A DNA stretch of 64,000 nucleotides from Octopus sinensis (Eukaryota): contig NC_042998.1 of NCBI RefSeq assembly GCF_006345805.1, positions 160,580,001 through 160,644,000 on the forward strand. The letters are read 5' to 3'. Below, one piece after another: positions 48,592 to 59,582 of this stretch (its first letter is position 1; each line of letters begins with the position of its first letter). The notes beneath the pieces were generated by a model. That model did not search any database. It was not told the origin of the DNA and saw nothing but the letters and a program-made list of their open reading frames with translations. Both the position numbers and the translations under genes were made by a program.

Positions 48592-51500
48592 TATATAAAG
48601 AAAGCACAAATGGTTTTGTAAATTTTAAACACCATTTTTGTTTTCTTTCTATACCTATACCATACCTAGAACCAACCTCAGATTTGGATTTATGGTTTAA
48701 ATAGGATCTGGTACTTGCATATCTACAGTATCCTACCAATACTTGATGCCTTCAATGTTGTTTACCTTACTATGAAATCTATGTTATCAGACCTGGCCAT
48801 TTCTGGCCTTCTATGTATTGATGTGCCTACTATGTATATATATCCAATATATAATATGTATATTGTTCATGTTCACTCATTATGGAGATACTTCTTTCAA
48901 CCAAAGGAAGATTAGTGAAAGAGTGGTAAAGAAAGCACCAATCAAGTTTACCTCAAGAACAATCAAGAAATTATCATCATTATCATTTTAACGTCTACTG
49001 TTCCCTGCTTGCATGGGTCAGATGAAACTATTTGTTTCCAGATGATATAATAATCTCCCAGTCTATGAAGCAACAAATGGCCCAAACATGTTTTATGTAG
49101 GGAACTGGAAATGAATAATACTGTTTAAAGAGCCTTTTCTGAACAAAAATTCTACAATATGTCAACAAATGTTAAGAAACCTTAACATCATTATTTGATG
49201 ATGAACTGCAAGTCAAAAAATCTGGTCTGGAGCCATTGCTTACAAACTTCCAGAAGGGCAATACAAACCCATTCGCACAAATAGATGCAAGCATACACAC
49301 ACTCATCCATCTGTGTATCATACTTAAAGCAAACACATAGTTGAAAGCCTGGTTAACTGTGGTAGTCATCATGAGAAAGCATCTCTTATAAATGTGCAGT
49401 GTTAAAAATAATACAAAAATATATCAGAAGCACTGGTGACATTGCTAAATATGTATTTCTGCCTCTGAGCTGTGATAGTAGCAAGTATTCACTGGAAACT
49501 GCTTGCTAGCACAAAAATCAACCACTGCTGATATAGTAAAACAGTGATTGAAAAATCACTGGTTTCACAATAAGCCAGCAGTTTGAATAAAAATTCATTA
49601 TAAGCAACAAAAGCAGTATTAGTCCAAAATAGCAAACTGCATATCATACTTAAAGTAGAGACATTGTTGAAAGCTTGTAGAACTACAGTATTCATCTTGA
49701 GATAGCATCTTTGATAAATGTATAATGCTAAAAACCAAAAAAACATATCAGTAGCAAACAAAGATCAGCAGTGGTGCTGACATTTCTAGATAAATATTTC
49801 TGCTTGTTTAGGCAGTAGCAAGTATCTTATTCATCTTTATAGTGAACTACTTATGATAAAAAAATCCAACATGATGATGGTCAATATGTCTGTGCTCCAG
49901 AAGGTATGTGGTGCTTTCTGAAACAAGCCACATGCTATTGTTCACTTATTAGTCCACTTACATGAATGACAAATGGTGTATGAGTCTGTTAATATGAGTG
50001 CCATATGGTATGAAAACTCATTTCACATTTCCATGAAGAAAATGAAAAAGAAACTTAGAGTTTAAAGGAAAACTAAATCATTCATTCCATGGTCTACATC
50101 CAACTAGATTCATAGAAATAAACTATATTACTCTGGTTTTCCCTAACATTAAGTATGTTGTTTGCTGTGACTATTAATGAATCACAAGGTCAGTTATTTA
50201 TTCATGTTTGAATGAAACTTCCTTCTCTAATCTTTTTACATGGATAACTCTGTGACACTCCGAAAAACTAGAGATAAAAATAATTTGAGACTCCACTTAG
50301 GAAATAAGAGCAGCCAATGAATCATTTTGAGAACAAAATTTTCTCTAAAAACCTAGTAATAAAATAAATATTATAGTAAATAGAACCTTCTGGACAGACC
50401 TGAAGCTGACCTGGAGTAGAGAGGGCATGTCATTGTAAAGGTCACAAATGACGAAAGGACTTTGACAAACACAACTAAGCAGAATCTGCTTTTGTAGTTT
50501 ACTTGCCCATCATTGTTGCATGATCATTTGGCTAAATTTTCAGTTTGTGTAACTATTGAAGCAAATATTGAGCACAAAGTGTTTTTTTCGTTTTTCAAAG
50601 TTATTCAATGAAAAGTCTACAACAACATGTACATATGTCTATAAAGAAATAAATGTAGATTCCCATATTTTCACTTTATTTCATTACTATTTTCAATGCA
50701 TTTATGTAAGAAAAACATACTTGACGTCATTATTGATGGTATGGGTACACTAGTAAGCTAATAAAAGCTTTGTTACTTACACAGTAAATGTAATAACAGT
50801 AAATATTATTGCAAAAGCTGTAAAACTAACAGGGAGCCAATAATAAAACAATAATTACTAGTATTCAAAGGAAAATGGCGATGCAGTTGCTGCATTTATA
50901 ATAGCTGGAATACTGGACGAAGAACATATAGAAAATAACCATAAACTTATTTGTAATGTCTTTTCTCAGGGATCTTTACTGATAAACTTATTTACAAATA
51001 TCTGTGCATAAATGTTGTTAAGTGTGTATCATTTGCATTGGAACCTTTGAAATTATTTGCAGTGAAAGATATTTATATCTTTATGCCTTTCTATTTAACA
51101 AGTGCTTCAATACACCAAAGGATTCCTCTTCTAAGCTTGATTTAAGGCAGAAGAATTATACCTAACAGACTTTATATCTTGAATATAAATTAAGCCCAAC
51201 TTACAATATAGTGTCCCATTACATTAAGCACTACCACTTTAAACAGAATGTTTTACAATCAGTTACTATTGATAATAAAGTGACTTGAGGCAAAATTAGG
51301 AAATCTACAGCTGTAAAGGGAGACATTTTCACTTTACTTCAGCTGAGTCTTGTTTCCCCTCTTCTCTTTTGTGTGTGAGAGTATATATTGTGTATGCAAA
51401 CACATACACAAGCACACTCACCAATTCACAAGCCCACATACAAAATTAGCCTATTACACACAGCAAAGTACACACATACACACATGCACAAAAGCATACA

Positions 51501-52159
51501 TACTTAAAATTTCACACACACAAATGACTACATTTGTATGTCTACATCTATGTTTATATACATATATATGCACATATACATAAAGTGTACATACACATAT
51601 ATATATGTATGCATATGCATAAATAAATGACATAACAGAAAGAATATGAAGGTCATCTTAAAATTTGATGATGTTATATAGGCGACATTCATTAGTTCTA
51701 TTAATGAGACAGTCCACAGAGAAAACTGCTTGAATGTAAATCTATTATATACCTATTATTTAGTTTAAATTGTTTGGTTGTGTCCATATTGCAGCACTTA
51801 TATAACAGATGCTACTATAACCATTCTGGTTGCATGTAAAACCTTTCTTTATTTAGAAAACCTTACATAAACGTTTTTTGATGGTGTTAGAAGCATTACT
51901 AGGATTACATATTTGAAATATCAGTCTTTCTCATTCATAAAGTGGCTAACTTCAATATTTATAATCACCATAAAATGGCTAAAAATGTATTACATTTATG
52001 TGAAAGAAATATAACTGTACCCAAGTTTTTAATTTACTAAATAAGATCTATCTTGTATTTAGATATATTTATTCTGCAAAGACAATGGGAAAATAAATTG
52101 AGACAATGTTGGGTTGAAAAGACCCTTTAGTTTTGTTCAGGATATGACAGTTGCTTTAG

Positions 52160-52372
52160 CAGTAGTGCCATGGTAAAGTGCATTCAGTCATTAGTGATAG
52201 AAATGGTGTCCAATTGTAGAAATCAAACCAAAAATGAAGTTATGAGTTGAGTTGCAGTCTTTTAATCCACTTAAAAGTGCAGTAATTCTGAATAAGAACT
52301 GTGAATTGTGAATAAGAATGGACTTGTCCAACCCTTGCTAGCATAGGAAAAAAATGTAAAATGATGATGATT
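52160..52372 (+). mobile_element. Very decayed RTE tail
   Basis: TTGTCCAACCCTTGCTAGCATAGGAAAA..TAAAATGATGATG. Confidence 0.55.
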
Positions 52373-53754
52373 TTATCACTGTGGTATAAAGATTTTAACA
52401 ACAATGCATTTGAATAATAATAATTTTTTTATTGTAATCCAAGCATTAGTGAATAAATAGGTTTTTGTACCAATATTTAAGACATTCTTCCATACTTAAT
52501 TTAGTACCATGACTTGTTTTTTTTTTATCATTTTAAGTAAAAACTTTTAGAGTGTGTGCAACCAGTTTTAAATAGTTTGTCGAGTATTGACATGAAATTA
52601 GCAGAATGATGGAGTGACTTTAGTTTCAAAGGGTAAGCTATAGAGATATTAAAAAAAAGCAAAGGTCTTTGGTCTCACACTTCACAAATCTCTAAACTAT
52701 AGGGAGAAATATCATGGAAATATAGAACTGAAAGAAGATATTAAAAGATAAATTAAAAATAAAAGAAGTCCAAAGATTAGTTTCCAAAGTTTGTGGCCCA
52801 ATCAATCTCAAACTTCAGCTGAATAGTATGTCACTCTTAATTGATGATTTCCTATATTTGTGTTTTTAAGTGCATCTGTTTTTCACTAGAGTAACTTTAA
52901 ATCATTCTCAGTTCATGAGTAAATACTTGATAACGGTCTCTTGCAGTTGTTTTTGACCAGAACCAACATTGAAACCTGATCATTTGACAGGAAGCCACTT
53001 GTCAAAAATTCTGAAAAACTACAAATCTCAATAACAAAATAGCTGTGCATATGAATATTGAGTTTTGGACGTCAATCCTCTTGGCTCATATCCAAGTAAA
53101 CATTTTATTTATACAAGAAAAGAACTAGAGAAGACAGAGCAAGTCTAACCAGTTACCTGATATATACTGTTTACAGCTGTTGTTAGTTTTGCTGAAATTT
53201 GTTGAAGTTCAAGTCATAAGTATTTGTGCATTTGTAGTTCACAAAGATATTCTTTGTATATATTAAAAGTTCACAACTAAATGATGGATATAAGGGTGTA
53301 GATTTATAGATCATAATTACATGCACTTTTTGGAGAGGTAGGAGGTTTATTTAAATTACAGGAATTCCTTTCTCAAAAGTAACCTAAAATTTATTTTAAT
53401 CAGTTTATAGACAAACTCATTAATGCTGCCAAATGAACTGACTTAATTTCCCATGTTACACATTTTTGGATCAAGAATAAGCTCATTGCCTTTACAGTGA
53501 CTAACCCTTCCAATAACACCTTCTTTCCATGATTCCATTAACCTCTGGAACTTCATTTCTGTTTTCTTTAGATTCTTTAACCCATTATAAACTAGATATT
53601 AACTCAATCAGCTACTTACCAGTTAAGAATATCTGAAAATATTATAGGCACTACTATTTTACCTGTGAAACCTGTCGTTTTAGTATTGGTCAAATTATTT
53701 CCCCCTCCCCAATTGTGTTTTAATTTTAGTACATGTTAGTAATTGGTATACATA

Positions 53755-53885
53755 AAGGTGGTGAGCTGGCAGAATTGTTAGCATGCTGAGCAAAATGTTT
53801 AATGACATTTCATTCATCTTTATGTTCTGAGTTCATATTCTGTCGAGGTCAACTTTACCTTTTGGCATCAATAAAATAAGTAACA
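53755..53885 (+). mobile_element. SINE family C, 5' part
   Basis: AAGGTGGTGAGCTGGCAGAATTGTTAGC..TTCTGAGTTCA..GAGGTCAACTTT. Confidence 0.8.
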
Positions 53886-54091
53886 TTACAGCACTGCCAA
53901 TATTTGAAACCAATATTTGATATACATATTCAGCATACATCTGTTATACACATTATATATCCCCATTAAGGTGGCGTGCTGGATAAGATTTGTTGGCACA
54001 CCAGACAAAATGCATAGCAGTATTCCTTCCAGCTTTGTTCTGTGATCAAATTTTGTTGAGGTCAACTTTGAAGTTGATAAAACAAGTATTA

Positions 54092-54368
54092 TTATTTACA
54101 TTTATTTACATTATTTACATTCAACAGATATTTGTCTTCATCTTGTTTGTTGTTAACACAACGTTTCGGCTGATATACACTCCAGCTTTCTTCAGGTGTC
54201 TTAGGGGAAATTTCGAACCTGGGTTCTCATTCCTAAGGTATTTTTCGATGTTCTTCTTCTTCTTATTATTATTGTTCAGGTTACTGCTTGGAATTGAACT
54301 CGGAATATTGGGGTTAGTAGCTCACGCTCTTAACCACTATGCCATATGCCCGTGGGCATATAGAACTG
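54092..54368 (-). mobile_element. tRNA-headed SINE carrying hammerhead ribozyme motifs; 14-bp TSD
   Basis: TSD TAAAACAAGTATTA at 54078-54091 and 54369-54382. Minus strand: A box TGGCATAGTGG, B box GAGTTCAATTCC, (AAT/AAG)n linker, HHR-like motifs, and a (TGTAAATAA)x3 tail. Confidence 0.9.
54155..54200 (-). ncRNA. Minimal type-I hammerhead ribozyme
   Basis: GACAC-CUGAAGA-AA-GCUG-[GAGUGUAUAU]-CAGC-C-GAAA-C-GUU/-GUGUU. All core nucleotides are present. Stem I GACAC/GUGUU. Stem III is loopless and palindromic (AACGUU). The pair closing stem II is A-C instead of G-C. Confidence 0.8.
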
Positions 54369-54504
54369 TAAAACAAGTATTAGTTGGGCACTGGGGTTGA
54401 TGTGATTGACTAACCTATGTCCCACAACATTTCAGACCTTGCACCTATAGTAGAAAGCATTAAATATCTACATCTGTGCAGTCATTTTGTTTTCTTATTT
54501 CTAT

Positions 54505-55075
54505 CAAACAGGACATCATCATCATCATCGTTTAACGTCCGCTTTCCATGCTAGCATGGGTTGGGCGGTTCAACTGGGGTCTGGGAAGCCCGAAGGCTGC
54601 ACCAGGCCAGTCAGGTCTGGCAGTGTTTCTACAGCTGGATGCCCTTCCTAACGCCAACCACTCCGAGAGTGTAGTGGGTGATTTTATGTGCCACCGACAC
54701 AGACGAGGCTGGCGAACGGCCACGCTTGGATGGTGTTTTTTACGTGCCACCGGCACGGAGGCCAGTCAATGCGGTACTGGCTACGGCCACGTTCGGATGG
54801 TTTTCGTATGTGCCACCGGCACTGGTACCACAAAACTACAAATTCCATTAATGTTCATCGAGTTTGCTTTTGATTTTGTCCATTTTCACTTGCCTCAACA
54901 GGTCTTCACAAGTAGAGTTATGTGTCCCAAGAAGGAAGGTATGCATAGGTGGACTGACTACATTCCAGGTAGGGGCCATGGGTTATGGCCTTACTTGTCC
55001 AGCCGGGTCTTCTCATGCACAGCATACTTCCAAAGGTCTCGGTCTCTGGTCATTTCCTCGGTGAGACCTAAAGAG
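54505..55075 (-). mobile_element. Young 5'-truncated RTE LINE (ORF end, 3'UTR and (GAT)n tail)
   Basis: Minus strand encodes GLTEEMTRDRDLWKYAVHEKTRLDK*, followed by a 3'UTR matching 36390-36992. Confidence 0.92.
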
Positions 55076-55139
55076 CGAGTAATTGTTTCCCTACCTTACT
55101 TTACATCTTGTTTCCCTACCTTACTTTACATCTTGTGCA

Positions 55140-55325
55140 TGAGGAGGCCTCTACATGGCCTTGCATAACTTACCAGAAGTATCAGCCAAATCTCCCTCAA
55201 ATTGTATCTTACCATCTTAAAAGAAGGACAGTATTAAATAAAAGAGGGATGGTTATGGTTGGAATACTTTTAATCAATAAGTCTGCTCAATTAAAGCTAC
55301 CTTGGAGCTACATAACAACAGAAAC
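55140..55325 (+). mobile_element. Repeat family D
   Basis: GGAGGCCTCTACATGG..CAGCCAAATCTCCCTCAAAT..CTTAAAAGAAGGACA..AACAAC. Confidence 0.75.
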
Positions 55326-56029
55326 AACTGAGATTATCTCTCAAATTCATATATCATAGTTAATTCCTCAGCTGGAATTGTTACAGATCCACTGTCTGCC
55401 ACTAATTACATTTGCCAGACAATTAAACCTATTTAATGTTCTCAATGAACCATAACAATATTTTGATATTCAATCTTTGATTTCTCACATTACAACAATT
55501 ACAAACAACAACAGTTTAATTTTCATACAAATTAATAAAACTATAGCTCTACTTTTTGGCAACTGATTCAATTGAACTATCTACATATTAAATACTTTCA
55601 ATCATCATTTCTGCATAACAAACATGGCATGATATAGATAAACTTTGCAGATGCTAACTGCTGCCTTGTTAGGTCTTGACTATTCTCTCAGTTTCAGTGA
55701 TTTCATTCATAACTGATCTTTCAACATTTCAGAATTTTCTTATAAAATAATTGCATGTACATGTCTCTGCACTGCAATCCCTCACAATTTTAAATCACCA
55801 TAACTCAGTTCTTCACACATACATATAGATACAAACACAGACATATGCACACCAACACCAACACGTGCAAACAGAGAAGCATACACACATATTTGTATAT
55901 ATATATATTTATATCAAAAAGCGTGATAAATTATAAAATTGGATATAAAATTAAACATATACTGAAGTAATAAATCAATACTTTTAGTAGAGTCAAATTC
56001 ATTATATATCCTTGGTTTATTGGGACTTT

Positions 56030-56722
56030 TCATCTTCATCACCTTGATCATCTAACATCCATTCTCCCTGTTGGCCATGCCACAATGGAAAATGGAGAAT
56101 GGAAAAATGATTTTAAGTATTTAATTGGATAGTTTGAGAGGAACTGACCATTTGGAGAGCTGTCTGGGCTCCATGTCTGTTTTGGTATGGTCTCTATGGC
56201 TGGATACTCTTCCTAATGCCAACCACTTTACAGAGTGTACTGGGTGCTTTTAACCAGGCACTAGCATAGGTGCTATTATGTGGCACTGGCACAGGCATTG
56301 AAACTTGTCACCAATATGGGCACATTTATGTGACACCAGCACAGGTGCTTTTACATGGAACCAACATCCAGAAGCCTGTAACACTAGGACTTTCAGCTGA
56401 GAGAAGGGCATAGAGGATATACCTGTATGTATGGATGGCTACAGTTTTACTTAGCTTGGCATTTCTTCTCAAGCACAGCAAGCCCACTAAAAGTCTTAGT
56501 CCCCTGCCATTTTCTCTTTGAGGTCTAAAGTCTGAAGAACCTTTCTCACCACTTCGTTCCATGTCTATCTAGGTCTACTCCTTGCACATGTTCCCTCCAC
56601 AATTAGAGATCAGCACTTGTTGATGCAGCTGTCCTCATCCATATAAATCATATGACCATACCAGCACAGTCTTCTCTCTTGCACACTTCAACTAATGCCT
56701 TATATACCCAATTTTTCTCTCA
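56030..56722 (-). mobile_element. Decayed RTE LINE 3' end (RT C-terminus and 3'UTR)
   Basis: Broken translation LREK.G..CARE..L.W..G.D..EDSC..MER.GEKGSSD, then the RTE tail signature GTGGTTGGCATTAGGAAGAGTATCCAGCC. Confidence 0.8.
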
Positions 56723-56743
56723 AAGAAGTACTACAGATGTAAA

Positions 56744-57915
56744 CAGGAGAAATACTTGGCTAAGAGTAAATTATTACTCTTGGAATTTTTTGACCTGGAG
56801 AAGGCATTTGACAGAGTACCATGTACAGAACTCTTGTGGTGACTGTGGAAATGAAGCATAGACAGATGGTTGATAAGAACTGTATGTCATGTACGAAGAT
56901 GCAGTATGTCAAGTGAGAGTCAACAATGGCTTCAGTGAGGAATTTAATGTGAGGGCTGGAATTTATCAAGTGTCAGTTCTCAGTTTCCTCCTATTCATCA
57001 TAGTCCTACAGGCCATAACAGAGGTGTTGAAGACAGGCTATCCAAGGGAACTCCTATATGCTGATGACCTAATTCTCATAGTTGAATCTATAGCGGAATC
57101 AGAGAGGAAATTTCATGCATGGAAGCTACACCTGAGGTTGAGAGATTTCAAAGTAAATTTAGTAAAGATACCCTCAGGGAAACAGCCTTGCTTGATATGC
57201 AAAAAAGGAGTAGGTATAAGCCCCATATACTGCACTCAATGTAAGCTATGGATGCACAAAAGATGTAATGGAATAAATGTCAGACTATCAGAGAACATAA
57301 GCGTCATATATAATGGATGTACTGGAACAGTACATTCCAAGAGCACACCAGAAATAGAACCCTTTAAATGCCTGATCGTTCACTAGAAGTAGTTGACAGC
57401 ATTTGCTACCTAGGAGACATCACCTGTAAGGGAGGTGGTTGGTCTGAAAGTATAGTAGCCAAAGTAAGAATGGGTTGGAATAAGTTCAGGGAGCTACTGC
57501 CACTGCTAGCAACAAAGGTCATTTTACCACAGATTGAAGGACAGACTGTATGATGCTTGTCTTGGAACTGCAATGTTGTATGGTAGTGAGACATGGGCCT
57601 TGAAATCAGAGGAAATGAGAAGACAAAAGGAATGAAGTGGACCTGGTCTATTTGATGTGCAATGTAATTGCGCATGAACAATATAGTATAAATGTGCTGA
57701 AATATGTAGTTTGCAAGAAAGAAGATTGTGTTGGTATGAATAAGTGATGCTTATGAATGAGGATAGTTGTATAAAGAAACACTCATTGCTAAATATGGCT
57801 GGAGCCTGTGGATGAAGAAGACCCAGGAAGACATGTGATGAAGTGGTGAAAGCTAACCACAGGACACTGATCCTCACAGAGAAAATGATAAAGGATTGGG
57901 ATATCTGATAATGCA
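56744..57915 (+). mobile_element. Decayed RTE-clade LINE reverse transcriptase (~1.2 kb) with an internal PHD-like finger
   Basis: QEKYLAK..DLEKAFDRVP, MYEDA..VRVNNGFSEEF.V..G..Q.SVLS.LLF, LLYADD (57057-57068), EVVDSICYLG, LYGSETW, ERRL.WY..RRPRKT. Confidence 0.93.
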
Positions 57916-57975
57916 AGGTTCTCATGTAAGTCCACTAATTACGGTGAGACTAACTTCTGTAAGCACTGTATGGGT

Positions 57976-58041
<66 letters not shown>

Positions 58042-58046
<5 letters not shown>

Positions 58047-58895
58047 CTTAAGGTGACCCATTCTACGCACGGGTAAGAGTGTGGTTGTTACTTTCTGTTT
58101 TTTATCACCACATTCTCCCTCTTTGTTTCTCTCTCCTTTCTCTCTCAATTTCCCACTCTCTTACTCTTCCTTTCTCTCGGACTCTCCCTCGCTTTCTCTT
58201 ACTCTCTATCGTTCTCTATCTATCTCTCTCCCATTAATAAACAACAAAATATCTTGAATAAGTTGAGAAGAAGATATTTTGAAAGATCAATCATAAATAT
58301 CAGGCTGTGACAACGGAAAGGTCTGCTTCAAGGCAGACAACAAAACACTAACATTTAAAAGGGACAGACGAATTTGCGAGCTGAATAAAAAAAAAAAAAT
58401 ATTGGAAACCAAAGTTTGAAGGGATAGAATCAGAGGATAGTAGACTCACCATGGCTGGCATTTCTTAACGACGGACAGCAACATAGTGGCAGTTTAATGG
58501 CTGGCATAAAATTTTGAACTTGATGTAAAAGTGATACTTTCTTATGACAGTAGACTCACCATGGCAAGCATTCAAAACTTCTTCATCTTGGACGGCAACA
58601 CATTGACGATTTAAAGGCTGGCACAAATTTTTTAGCTTGATGTAACAGAGAATTCCTAAACACCCACTCCTGTAAATTTTAATCCCCTTCCAGCCCCATT
58701 TAGACCCCTTTTCACATTTTGGTTAATATAACCCGATTTCATTTGGGTCTACTCGGGCCACATCTTATAAAATGAGGAATTTCGTCCTAGAGGTCACGTC
58801 TTTCAGTTGAGAAAAAAAATAGTTGCCATGCAAACTCGCCAGCACTTTTAACATAGGTATGCATATTTTCAGCTCAACCGACCACATAATACACA

Positions 58896-58943
<48 letters not shown>

Positions 58944-59582
58944 TATATACACATTATATATATATATGTGTGTGTGTACGCATTATATATACAAATGTAT
59001 ACAAATTATATATATATATATAGAATAGTTGTATACTGTATATATACTATATATATATAAATACAGATATATACACTTTGTATATATACATTATATATAC
59101 ATATTTATATATAGAACACACACACACATATATAAATTAACCCAATAAATATCTGATTCATAATATTTGTTCTCATGATTGTGTGGTTGTGGTGGCGATG
59201 ATAATTCTCTCTATGAATGCAGACAGACGTCGAGAGAGAGAGAGAGTGACAGTGCTGGCGAAGGCGGCGGGGGAAAGATAGTAGCCGCTGTCAAACGACG
59301 TTATAGAGAGAAAGTGAAAGGAAGGGAGGAAAGAGAGAGACACAGAGGAAGACAGGCAGATAAGAGAATGAGAGAAGACTTGTCAAAGTGTGCGTTTTTT
59401 GCCCTAGTAACCACACCTTTTAAGATAAGGATTTCTAACCTAGTCCACTTACATCCTCATCTCATTTTACATGCCCCTGTAAATTTTGGAGTCAATCCAA
59501 CGCGATCTAGTGGCCTTTAACCCGTTCCAATGTCAAAACCAGACAAACAAACTTTTCGCATTTCAGATTTATAGGTATTGAT
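58042..59582 (+). mobile_element. Helentron/HINE (DINE-1-like) non-autonomous rolling-circle element
   Basis: Begins in (TA)n with ATTAGC..GACCCA..CGGGT (subterminal hairpin). Ends AAATTTTGGAGTCAATCC..CAGACAAACAAACTTTTCGCATTT..TTTATAGGTATTGAT. Contains internal microsatellites and a ~110-bp tandem repeat. Confidence 0.55.

Larger units (their letters stand above)
53968..54460 (+). mobile_element. SINE family C interrupted by the HHR-bearing SINE
   Basis: Head 53968-54091. It resumes at 54383 with GTTGGGCACTGGGGTTGATGTGATTGAC..CCTTGCACCTATAGTAGAAAG. Confidence 0.8.

Noticed and set aside
1623-54368. tRNA-like A/B-box sequences
   Set aside because: All lack a paired acceptor stem and continue into SINE cores and tails. 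They are SINE heads, not tRNA genes.
54548-55168. Longest ORF in the track (206 aa)
   Set aside because: It is antisense to the GC-rich RTE 3'UTR and ORF end. Similar spurious frames appear over other copies (36537-36935, 62078-62521).
58770-58812. Minus-strand CTGAAAGA..CGT/ACG..GAAATTC resembling an HHR
   Set aside because: The core has an extra nucleotide and no stem I can form.
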